Below, piece by piece: positions 55,327 to 63,441 of a stretch of DNA of 64,000 bases. The translations under genes and the position numbers were made by a program. This stretch comes from a virus (lineage: Duplodnaviria; Caudoviricetes), in IMG/VR virus record IMGVR_UViG_3300020576_003018, positions 1 through 64,000 of that record. One strand, given 5' to 3'. The notes beneath the pieces are model-generated. The model worked only from the letters and a program-made list of their open reading frames with translations, made no database searches and was not told the DNA's origin. The number at the start of each line of letters is the position of its first letter. Position 1 is the stretch's first letter.

Positions 55327-55827
55327 ATGATGACGAACAACTTGGGGCTGCTGGAAAAGCAGGTGATTTTGATGTTGGGTGTTCCTGGTGCTGGGAAGAG
55401 CACCTATATTCGAGGGATTCCTGGGGAAGTGGTTGTGGCATCTGCCGACCATTATTTCATTGACCGTGAGACGGGCCAGTACCTTTTTGACGGCTCTCAA
55501 CTGGGTCGGGCACACTCAGAGTGCTTGGCCAAGTTCAAGGCCGCTGTTATTCGTCCTGGAGCGATTACGGTGGTGGTAGACAACACCAACACCCAACTGA
55601 AGGCACTGGTTCCCTACGTCGAGTTTGCAAACCAACACGGAATCATTCCAACTCTGGTTCACATCGTTGCAGATCCCAAGGTTGCAGCAGCGCGAAATGT
55701 CCACGGAGTTCCCGAGGACAGCGTGATGAACATGCACAACAGGCTTCAAACCCTCGTGTCTATCCTCAAGGGAAGCAATCACTTTCCGAACAAGCCCGAA
55801 TGGAGGTATAACTTTGTTGAAGTCTAA
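55327..55827 (+). CDS. P-loop polynucleotide kinase (AAA_33 / N4BP2-like)
   Basis: GVPGAGKST, SADHYF, VVDNTN and RNVHGVP motifs. Confidence 0.88.
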   Translation: MMTNNLGLLEKQVILMLGVPGAGKSTYIRGIPGEVVVASADHYFIDRETGQYLFDGSQLGRAHSECLAKFKAAVIRPGAITVVVDNTNTQLKALVPYVEFANQHGIIPTLVHIVADPKVAAARNVHGVPEDSVMNMHNRLQTLVSILKGSNHFPNKPEWRYNFVEV

Positions 55828-55996
55828 AACATGTCCCGAATGCAAGCAGGAAACCCGTTTGGTTGAGGAGTATCACAATGACAAATATGATGCTTACTTT
55901 TGTGAGCACTGTGGGGAGTGGGCCGAAGAGCGTTGCACTGATCCCGATTGTGATTTTTGTTGTTATCGCCCTCTTCATCCTCCGAAGAAAGAATAA
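55814..55996 (+). CDS. Small Cys-rich zinc-finger protein
   Basis: CPEC...CEHC...C.DPDCDFC. Confidence 0.65.
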   Translation: MLKSKTCPECKQETRLVEEYHNDKYDAYFCEHCGEWAEERCTDPDCDFCCYRPLHPPKKE

Positions 55997-56009
55997 AGAA
56001 AGAAAGACC

Positions 56010-57341
56010 ATGAAATTTGGTGTTGAAATTGAGTGTTTGATTCCAACTACTCCGCAAGATCCCAACCACCTCACCACTTTCAAAGCGGGCTTTATCCCTG
56101 CAATGCAAGGCAAGAAGGTTCCAGTAACCCGGAATGAATATGCCAGGGGGAATTCTGCTTGGCAAGTGAGGTTGGATGGTTCAATCAGGCCCCACAGCTC
56201 AGATTACGCTGGGATTGAGATTGTTTCGAGAATTCTCGATGCCAGCAAACCTTCTCATTGGAAAGAGATTCAGCATGTTTGTGAATATCTCCAATCAGTA
56301 GGGGCATATGCGAATTATTCCTGTGGTCTGCACATCCACATTGGACTTGGCGCAAAAAACCTGGAGAGAAAAGAAACGCTGAAGTTGGTTCAGCGATTGT
56401 TTTTGAGGTATGCAAGGGCAGAAAAAATCTTCGATGCGTTCGTTCCTGAAAACCGTCGAAACAACAAACTTGAGTATGCCCATTCGTGCAACAACAACAA
56501 GATGCTTCAGATGGTTTTGGGAGAAGAGAAAGACGCTCTCATCCTTTCTTACAACATTGATTCCAAATATTGGAAGGTAAACCTAAACTCTATCGAAAAG
56601 TTTGGAACGGTTGAGTTCCGGCACTTTGCCGGAACTGTCGATGCAGCAACAATCCAGACCTGGGCTCGCTTCCTCCTTGAGTTCGTCGAACAAACCAAAA
56701 AGATTGTGGATCTACCCGATTCTGTTGTTGCTCAGGAGGTTGGTCAAAACGTTGCTGCTGATTATGGGATGACGAAAGGCATGTATAACCTTTGGCAGTA
56801 CCTTTGTCATGCTTATGAAGATGCTGTGAAGAACCGTATTGGTCTTCCCCTGCAAGCGGACAAACCAGTAGCGATGGTAGCGATGTCTATGCTTGACTAT
56901 TACGGTAACAAGTCTAAAGAAGTCATGGTTGGCATTCCTGTAGAACTCATTGCTCAAAGCACGGGTTTGTCGGTCAAATATATCACAGGAGCAACTCTTC
57001 GCCGCAAGTTTCAAAACTTGTGTGTTGGGCAAGATTCCATCCCGCAGTTTGAGTTTGAGCGTGCTGACTCCAATACCTTTCACTATTCACATGGAAGGCA
57101 TCGTCCCATCCCGAGTATTCTTAAAGAAACCTTTGCATCTGATACGGATATGCGGTTGCTGAAAATCACAAGCAATCCCGCTGAATGGTTCAGGCCCATC
57201 ATCAAACTGGATTCTTTCAGGAAGTATTCTCTTTGGGATGGAATCTCCCCCAACATCAAATCCAAATTGCTCGAACGTGCTTCGGCATTGAACTCTGGTG
57301 ATGCCGTTCTCCTCAGCCAAGTTCTTAGCTGTACTTGCTAA
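56010..57341 (+). CDS. Putative amidoligase (COOH-NH2 ligase family)
   Basis: FGVEIE, DGSI, EIVS, SCGLHIHIG, KY..VN and TVEFRHFAGT motifs. Confidence 0.85.
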   Translation: MKFGVEIECLIPTTPQDPNHLTTFKAGFIPAMQGKKVPVTRNEYARGNSAWQVRLDGSIRPHSSDYAGIEIVSRILDASKPSHWKEIQHVCEYLQSVGAYANYSCGLHIHIGLGAKNLERKETLKLVQRLFLRYARAEKIFDAFVPENRRNNKLEYAHSCNNNKMLQMVLGEEKDALILSYNIDSKYWKVNLNSIEKFGTVEFRHFAGTVDAATIQTWARFLLEFVEQTKKIVDLPDSVVAQEVGQNVAADYGMTKGMYNLWQYLCHAYEDAVKNRIGLPLQADKPVAMVAMSMLDYYGNKSKEVMVGIPVELIAQSTGLSVKYITGATLRRKFQNLCVGQDSIPQFEFERADSNTFHYSHGRHRPIPSILKETFASDTDMRLLKITSNPAEWFRPIIKLDSFRKYSLWDGISPNIKSKLLERASALNSGDAVLLSQVLSCTC

Positions 57342-57532
57342 AGGAAAGGATCCAATACATCATGCGGTATAGGTGGGCTTGTAATGATGCTTTTCTTGTC
57401 AACGATAAAGTTGACAAGATCAACGACTGGCTGAAACAGATGAATGAGGAGTTGAGAACTTCGATCCAGAGTTAATCATCTCGAAGAAGAAAACATGCTG
57501 CTCAAAGCAAATTTGCTGGCCAAGAGCAAAAC

Positions 57533-57853
57533 ATGAACAACATTTTCGTTGGTGACTTGATCAGGGTGAGTTACGAAGCGTCGTCGAAACTTTGGGGAGA
57601 TTACTGGATAAGGGGCGACAAAGGAATCCCAGCCGGAATTCACGGCACCAGAATCAGTGATATTGATGATGATATGAGAACGCACTTTATCCCGGACGGT
57701 ACAATACTACCAGTTCTGAGCATCAAAACGATAAAAGACGAGGACCGCTCTCTATTTGAAACGTTTCTCGTACTAGATTCCAGTGGACGACTTCTCTGGG
57801 TCGATGAATCATTCGTAGAAAAATATCAACCCGAACTCAAAGAAACCCAATGA
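57533..57853 (+). CDS. Small paralog-family protein
   Basis: IFVGDLIR...LVLDSSG.LLWV. Confidence 0.7.
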   Translation: MNNIFVGDLIRVSYEASSKLWGDYWIRGDKGIPAGIHGTRISDIDDDMRTHFIPDGTILPVLSIKTIKDEDRSLFETFLVLDSSGRLLWVDESFVEKYQPELKETQ

Positions 57854-58140
57854 ACAACAACAACAATGAGTTGAAAGTTGGAGGTTTGGTTGAGGTTTAT
57901 TCCTCCCGATTCATAACCGTTGGTGGAACCCCCATTGACATTTCTCAGCCAATGAAAGCCGTCAAAATTGGTGAAGTTGGAGTTGTGCTTGGATTTTTCA
58001 GATCTTTTCCTTCTTCTTCCAGGGCTTGGGTTCCTGTTTTATTTGCCAGCACGGGCGAAACGCTCCTGGTGAGAAAGGAATATCTCCGACAAATTCCCAC
58101 ATCAACAGATGAAGAGTATCCTAGCAATGCGACTGTTTGA
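57850..58140 (+). CDS. Small paralog-family protein
   Basis: LKVGGLVE...GEVGVVLG...WVPVLFASTG. Confidence 0.7.
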   Translation: MNNNNNELKVGGLVEVYSSRFITVGGTPIDISQPMKAVKIGEVGVVLGFFRSFPSSSRAWVPVLFASTGETLLVRKEYLRQIPTSTDEEYPSNATV

Positions 58141-58420
58141 AACCGGAACACTGGTTGCAGCAAAACCACTAGAGAATCTAGCCAAATCCGTCTCTGGATT
58201 TTTACCCAATCCCTTTGGTGGGGTAGAGAAGATTCCTGTCGGTAGCTTGGGCTTTGTTCTCAAGCAAGATGAAAGATGGATTTCTGTTTTGTTTGCTTGC
58301 ATCGGTTTGACTCTTTGGGTTTGGCACAGCGATCTCCTTCCGATGCCACCAGACGCCTCAGCAGAGCCCGAGAATATCCAGAACGACCCGGAGGACACCA
58401 AAACAGTTCAGGGGCCTTAA
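58127..58420 (+). CDS. Small paralog-family protein
   Basis: FETGTLV...GSLGFVL...WISVLFACIG. Confidence 0.7.
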   Translation: MRLFETGTLVAAKPLENLAKSVSGFLPNPFGGVEKIPVGSLGFVLKQDERWISVLFACIGLTLWVWHSDLLPMPPDASAEPENIQNDPEDTKTVQGP

Positions 58421-58450
58421 AAAGCATCCTGGAGCGATTGAAGGGTATGT

Positions 58451-58795
58451 GTGACAATGACGTGGGAGTATGACAAGGTTGAAGTTGGAGAACTGTTTTT
58501 CTGGAAAGGGGGCAGTTTTTCTGTGTTGAAGGGGGAGAACCTGTTGAATATCTTTTCTGTTCCTGGGTTAGCTGGGACCGATGTGCTATCACAAAAAGCA
58601 ACAGAGGTTGAATTGATGGATGGAATGTCTTTGTTGGTGTTGGAGAAGAGGTATACGAACACGAGGAATCCTTGGGTTAGAGTGCTGCTGTCAACCCCCG
58701 AAAAGACTTGGGAAGGTTGGGTCTCACAACACAGAATTCGTTGTCATGTCGGAAAAACAGATGGAGAAGTGGTATTGTGGATCAAAAGTTCATAA
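58451..58795 (+). CDS. Small paralog-family protein
   Basis: VEVGELF...LLVLE...WVRVLLSTPE...EGWV. Confidence 0.7.
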   Translation: MTMTWEYDKVEVGELFFWKGGSFSVLKGENLLNIFSVPGLAGTDVLSQKATEVELMDGMSLLVLEKRYTNTRNPWVRVLLSTPEKTWEGWVSQHRIRCHVGKTDGEVVLWIKSS

Positions 58796-59107
58796 ATCCA
58801 ATTAATGAACCAGAAAAACTGGTTGTTGGTGGTCTTTACGAAGTTAGGTTTATTGACCACACAACAAAGATGGTTTACGCTCATCAGAATAGCAGTGGAA
58901 ATTACATCCATGATCTTTTGAGAGTCGGAGACCTTTTTTGTGGTTATGGAACCCTGGGACAAGGAAAGGGCAACTCAACAACGGAAGTGCTGGTTTTCCA
59001 GAGTGAATGCTCCCGGATTTATTACAACCTCGACACGGTATTTGGTAGGCGCCAGAAGTTTTTTGGTTCTTCAAATTGTCGGTGATGATGAAGAAGGAGG
59101 AAAATGA
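58777..59107 (+). pseudogene. Small paralog-family protein with a +1 frameshift in a T6 tract
   Basis: LVVGGLYE. Removing one T at 58934-58939 restores GDLFVV and a TGA overlapping the next ATG (59104). Confidence 0.7.
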
Positions 59108-59397
59108 GTGACAAAAACAAACTCGAACCTTTCCCATTTTTGGAAATTGGCGGGTTGTATACCATTGTTGAACTCGAGAGAAAGTTGAGAGAGCTCAACT
59201 ATTGTGTTTGGTTATGCTGGGAAAATAAACACATTGTTCTGCCGATATCAACCATGATCTTTTACCTCGGGAACCATAGGTTTATGGCCCCTTGTGGGCA
59301 AAAAGGGTATCTCATTTTTTCAGGTTTTAGATCAGAAATTGGCATCAAAAACCAACTTGTCAAGATTGAAACAACGGCTGTTGAAGATGGCGCATGA
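59104..59397 (+). CDS. Small paralog-family protein
   Basis: LEIGGLYT...IFYLG...APCGQKGYL. Confidence 0.7.
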   Translation: MSDKNKLEPFPFLEIGGLYTIVELERKLRELNYCVWLCWENKHIVLPISTMIFYLGNHRFMAPCGQKGYLIFSGFRSEIGIKNQLVKIETTAVEDGA

Positions 59398-59705
59398 TGA
59401 ACAAGGTTGTTGTTGGAGGCTTGTACCGACTGAACCAATATGCTTTGAACAAGCAAAATCGCAGAGAACACAGAACACATTACAAGCGCAAAAACGGCAG
59501 TGGAGTTTATGGCGTTGTAGATGGCACAATGCTGCTAACTTGCTTATCCCAGACAATCGGACTTTTTGGCGAAGACGCTTCGTTGTTCCTGGAGCCAGAT
59601 CTTGGTGTTATCAGGCTGATTACGACCAAGGCTTGGTTCGAGATGTATTTTGAACTCGTTGAAACAAACATGGAGGAGAATGATCAGCCGCCAGAAAACC
59701 CTTGA
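59394..59705 (+). CDS. Small paralog-family protein
   Basis: VVVGGLYR...FELV. Confidence 0.7.
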   Translation: MMNKVVVGGLYRLNQYALNKQNRREHRTHYKRKNGSGVYGVVDGTMLLTCLSQTIGLFGEDASLFLEPDLGVIRLITTKAWFEMYFELVETNMEENDQPPENP

Positions 59706-59730
59706 CCTTGTTTGGCAGCCATGCTAGAGT
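59702..59730 (+). promoter_or_regulatory. Sigma70-like promoter, 6 nt from ATG
   Basis: TTGACC, 17 nt, (TGc)TAGAGT, 6 nt, ATG 59737. Confidence 0.8.
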
Positions 59731-59736
59731 CTGGGT

Positions 59737-60873
59737 ATGTTCACCACTCCGATCCATCCCGCGCTTTCTTTCTCCTTCCAGGATTTGGTCCAGGGCCTTG
59801 AAACCTGGGTCCAGGAAGGTTCCATTCTTCGTTCGGATTCTATCCAGGCAAATGGCAAGGTGCTTTCGATCTACAACTACTCCAAGGGTTGTCAGTTCGC
59901 TCGCAACTGGAACCAATGGACTGTCATGGCTCGTGGTTTGATCCTGGAGCATGAGTCCGTTGATAACCGTACCACTGGCCGAATCGTCGCGATTCCTTTC
60001 CCGAAATTTTTCAACGCAACCGAACAAGAAGGCGCAAAGTCTGTTCGTTTTGACGATTCTGGATTCGACATCTTCAAGAAGATGGATGGAAGCCTTGGGA
60101 TCGTTTACCATTATGATGGTTCGTGGCGTGTTGCCACTCGTGGTTCTTTGAACAGTGATCAAGCTGTCTGGGCAACCAACTGGATCAACGAGCGTCCACA
60201 AATTCTTGCTGCTCTTGACAAGGATGTGACTTATCTTTGTGAGATCATCTATGAAGCCAACCGCATTGTCATTTCTTACGACTTTGAAGGTCTTGTGATG
60301 CTGGGAGCTTACAACCGTGTCACTGGTCACGAGCTTTCCTATGACTCACTTGATGGGTTGTGTGGAAAGGTTGGAATGCAGATTGCCCAGCGTTACAACT
60401 ACACCACTTTCGAGCAGATCGTTGATGTGTTGAAGGTTCTTCCTGGGACTGAGGAAGGTTTTGTTATTCGATTCCGGGAGACTGGTGATCGAGTAAAGAT
60501 GAAGGGTGAGGAATACTGTGTTCTTCACCGCTTGATTTCCAACATCACTCCTCTGTCGATCTGGAACCTTTTGGTTCTTGGTCATGATATGGATTCTTAC
60601 AAGGCTTCAATGCCTGAAGAGTTTTGGGGTGATATCGACAACATGCTCTCGTTCTTCATGCGGAAGCGGGACGAGATTTTCCAGGCTGTTCTTGTTGCTG
60701 CCAAGTCTGTTGAGCATCTCTCCGACAAGGAGCTTGGATTGTTCTTGAAGAGTGAATCCAGTCGCAAGGAAATTCCTTGGAGCCTTGTTTTCCCACTGAG
60801 GAAGAAGGGTGAAGAGGCTGTGAAGCAGACCATCCTCCAGCATATCCGTCCCACAGGAAATGTCTGTGCTTAG
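59737..60873 (+). CDS. T4 Rnl1-like RNA ligase
   Basis: IYNYS, ARGLI, PFPKFFN, motif I KMDGS, ATRGS, LCEI...NRIV and EGFVI...RVKMKG.EY. Confidence 0.92.
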   Translation: MFTTPIHPALSFSFQDLVQGLETWVQEGSILRSDSIQANGKVLSIYNYSKGCQFARNWNQWTVMARGLILEHESVDNRTTGRIVAIPFPKFFNATEQEGAKSVRFDDSGFDIFKKMDGSLGIVYHYDGSWRVATRGSLNSDQAVWATNWINERPQILAALDKDVTYLCEIIYEANRIVISYDFEGLVMLGAYNRVTGHELSYDSLDGLCGKVGMQIAQRYNYTTFEQIVDVLKVLPGTEEGFVIRFRETGDRVKMKGEEYCVLHRLISNITPLSIWNLLVLGHDMDSYKASMPEEFWGDIDNMLSFFMRKRDEIFQAVLVAAKSVEHLSDKELGLFLKSESSRKEIPWSLVFPLRKKGEEAVKQTILQHIRPTGNVCA

Positions 60874-60907
60874 ATTTCTCCACCATTACTGTTGGCGCCG
60901 CCTTAAA

Positions 60908-61171
60908 ATGGCAAGAATGAAGCCGCAAGCGATGGTCGGCAAACTGTATACCAATAAACGACTCCTCTCCCCCAGTTTCATTTGGCGAGAGATAGAAAAC
61001 GGGCAGTTTGAAGAAGATTGGATTCATCTTAAAACCTTTGTTGTCGTGGGGTTCTTTTTGAAGAAGGAATTGGTTTTTCGCCTTTTGACAAGAGAGGGGG
61101 AACTCGTTCGAATATTGTGGAGTCCATATCACGAATGGATTGAACTCAAAGATACCGAGGGGAATTCATGA
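60908..61171 (+). CDS. Small paralog-family protein
   Basis: MVGKLYT...FVVVG...LLTREG...WIEL; start could be 60860. Confidence 0.7.
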   Translation: MARMKPQAMVGKLYTNKRLLSPSFIWREIENGQFEEDWIHLKTFVVVGFFLKKELVFRLLTREGELVRILWSPYHEWIELKDTEGNS

Positions 61172-61359
61172 CAACAAGAAAACTGCAACCAGCATTCCTG
61201 GTTTTGTATGTGATTGGTCCAATCACCCTTGGTCCTCACACACTAACCCGGCGCACCCCTGCATTAGAAAAGAAATTCCCAGCGAAGTATAAAGGAGAAT
61301 ATTGGGAGTATGTTACTCCATCAGGAGAAATTGGGAGCTGCTTCTTCAGTTTGAACTGA
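61168..61359 (+). CDS. Small hypothetical protein, possibly with a frameshifted tail
   Basis: YVTPSGEIG resembles the family motif; an alternative frame continues to 61397. Confidence 0.45.
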   Translation: MTTRKLQPAFLVLYVIGPITLGPHTLTRRTPALEKKFPAKYKGEYWEYVTPSGEIGSCFFSLN

Positions 61360-61399
61360 TTCGTGTTATCGAGTCTGAAGAAGATTTGGTGATTTAGAC

Positions 61400-61723
61400 G
61401 TGCCGAAGAAAACAAAGAGCCCAAGACCTCCTGCCAAAGCAAAAAACCTCGTGGGCAAACTCATGTGTTCGACACATCGTTTGAATCTTTACATTGGCTA
61501 CAAAGGCCCTGGAAGTAATTGGAAACCGGGATTTTTGTATGCAGGACAGAATTTTGTTGTTTTGCGTGCGACGCCACACAAGCAGAAACTTATTCGTGAC
61601 GGTAACGTTTCTGCCTATTTCCTTTACGATTTGGAGATCCTTGCGGCAGGCACAGACACTCCAGCCGCGCTGTTGAGTGTGGATTTGAAACATTTCAAGG
61701 AAGTGACAATTGGTGATGAATAA
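61400..61723 (+). CDS. Small paralog-family protein
   Basis: LVGKLMC...NFVVL...HFKEV. Confidence 0.7.
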   Translation: MPKKTKSPRPPAKAKNLVGKLMCSTHRLNLYIGYKGPGSNWKPGFLYAGQNFVVLRATPHKQKLIRDGNVSAYFLYDLEILAAGTDTPAALLSVDLKHFKEVTIGDE

Positions 61724-62024
61724 CTTGGAGGCAACCCGACACTCCTTGATTGGAAAGCTGGTCAGAGCAAACTTTTTCTCCTTCCCAGTGAACAGGCATA
61801 AATTGGTTATATCGAGCCATGTGCCTTTTGAAACCAGTTTTTTGCTTTTTTCATCTTGTTTCGTTGTGTTGGAAGTTGAGGAAATACCTGAAGGCGCACC
61901 GCGCAAGAGCACTCACCCAGGTGCATTCATGTTAAAAGTCTTGACTGTTCCCGAAGGAATCATTGGTTGGCTTTATTGCTGCGACCCAGCTTGGTTGGTG
62001 GAAATCACAGAGGAAAAACCGTGA
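61716..62024 (+). CDS. Small paralog-family protein
   Basis: LIGKLVR...FVVLE...KVLTVPEGIIGWL...WLVEI. Confidence 0.7.
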   Translation: MNNLEATRHSLIGKLVRANFFSFPVNRHKLVISSHVPFETSFLLFSSCFVVLEVEEIPEGAPRKSTHPGAFMLKVLTVPEGIIGWLYCCDPAWLVEITEEKP

Positions 62025-62366
62025 AGGACAACAAAGATCCGATTGCTGAAAAGATTGCAGAGATGGAAGCCGAGTATCTGGCAAAGAGAGAGAAAACGGC
62101 CTTTACCAGAAGCTGGAAGATTGTATCGAGTTTCTTCTGGTTCCAGCCCAGGAGACTTTTGGCCAAGATGCGCTTACGTTCTGCACCCGAATCCGTCAAT
62201 TGAACGTGATCGAATCACGTTGAACGAAGGCGATTACGTTCACGTTCTCGATTCCACTCCTTCTCACTTTGGCAAACATGCTGTGACCAAAGTTATCACG
62301 CCTTGTGGAAGGATCGCATATATGTCCTCAGTGCTCCTTGAAAGAAATCCAGTGGAAACAGAATGA
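62021..62366 (+). pseudogene. Small paralog-family protein with a frameshift in an AG/A tract
   Basis: GTG 62021 MKDNKDPIAEK... joins KRPLPEAGRLYRV if one A is removed at 62093-62096. Confidence 0.65.
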
Positions 62367-62572
62367 CAACCAACTCAGAACAAAAACGCTTGACAGAGAA
62401 GTTTGTTGGGAAGCTTGTTTGCAGCACCTGCACTTTCCCAAGACTCTGGAACTATAGCGCCACCACATCAACAGAGATTTTGGTCGCCGGTTTTATTCGT
62501 TTTGGCTGGCTCATTCACCCGAACACCAAACTCACTCTACTCTGCCCAGCAAACTCCAATGATGTTCTCTGA
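62363..62572 (+). CDS. Small paralog-family-like protein (short)
   Basis: FVGKLVC; 69 aa. Confidence 0.55.
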   Translation: MTTNSEQKRLTEKFVGKLVCSTCTFPRLWNYSATTSTEILVAGFIRFGWLIHPNTKLTLLCPANSNDVL

Positions 62573-62837
62573 TCCACTCATCCCAGGAAAACTGTATTAC
62601 CTCACAACTCATTCAAAATATAACATCCGGGTCTATCAATACCCACATTCAAAGAACAAAACGAGAGATGAAGATGAACTGGTTGGTGAAATTAGCGTCC
62701 TTGACAGCTTTGTTTATCTTGGCAAAAGCCCAGAAGGTTTAGAACTGGTCTTGCTGGGAGATGGAACGTTTGGCTATATGGATGTTTGGTGTGAATATCA
62801 TCACTTCAAAGAAGTGGTAACAACGGAAGAAGAATGA
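62559..62837 (+). CDS. Small paralog-family protein
   Basis: LIPGKLYY...SFVYLG...LLGDGTFGY...HFKEV. Confidence 0.7.
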   Translation: MMFSDPLIPGKLYYLTTHSKYNIRVYQYPHSKNKTRDEDELVGEISVLDSFVYLGKSPEGLELVLLGDGTFGYMDVWCEYHHFKEVVTTEEE

Positions 62838-63441
62838 TGTGGATTGTTAATGGGTTGTATGAAAATCGCTGCACCGCATATTCCATCAGCGAGGGTTTGA
62901 TCCAGACGGACGGAACCACTTGGGAAAACTCTCGACATCTTGGAAACTTGATGAAAGGTGAGAAATTCGTGTTGCTTGATTGGCAACATGCTCGCCTGAG
63001 CGGGGTTATTCCTCGACGGTCCCACTATAACGTTTTGTTGTTGCGGGTGATGACGTTGGATGGTACAATCGGCTGGATCAGGACAAACGACTCTTACTTC
63101 CACACTGGCTTTGAACTCCTTGCAAGGCCCAATGACAACGAACAACACCAAAAAAAAACGAAGTTCCTTGAACCTTTTCAGCCGTTTGTTGGAAAGTTGG
63201 TGATATGGATAGATGATTGGGGAAGAAATTTGTGGCTTACAGAAGGCTCCACAGGAAACCATTTATGCGGCTCCTTGGAGCCAGACGATTTATTTGTTGT
63301 TCTTTCTCTGGAATTTGCCCGTGACTGTGATGGTGAAGTGTCCAAATTAAAATCCTACACCCCAAATTCGGCGCCGTGTTTGTCGATGTGGTGTATCCAG
63401 ATGATCTCGCCGTTATTTCTTCAGATGAGGAATCAGAATGA
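62834..63441 (+). other. Two paralog-family genes apparently fused by an A9 slip, the second with a GT-duplication frameshift
   Basis: The ORF contains two family units (VNGLYE... and FVGKLVI...). There is an internal ATG at 63132 before the A9 tract, and removing GT at 63338-63341 gives VQIKILHPKFG...ESE* overlapping ATG 63438. Confidence 0.55.

Noticed and set aside
55174-55515. Minus-strand ORF ending ...VEDNQKGIEGGIS
   Set aside because: It is antisense to the kinase and its promoter; the peptide similarity simply reflects repeat copy D.
61330-61397. Additional frameshift near the end of the 61168 gene
   Set aside because: An alternative frame would close the 40-nt gap, but no clear family motif is restored, so the evidence is too weak to count.
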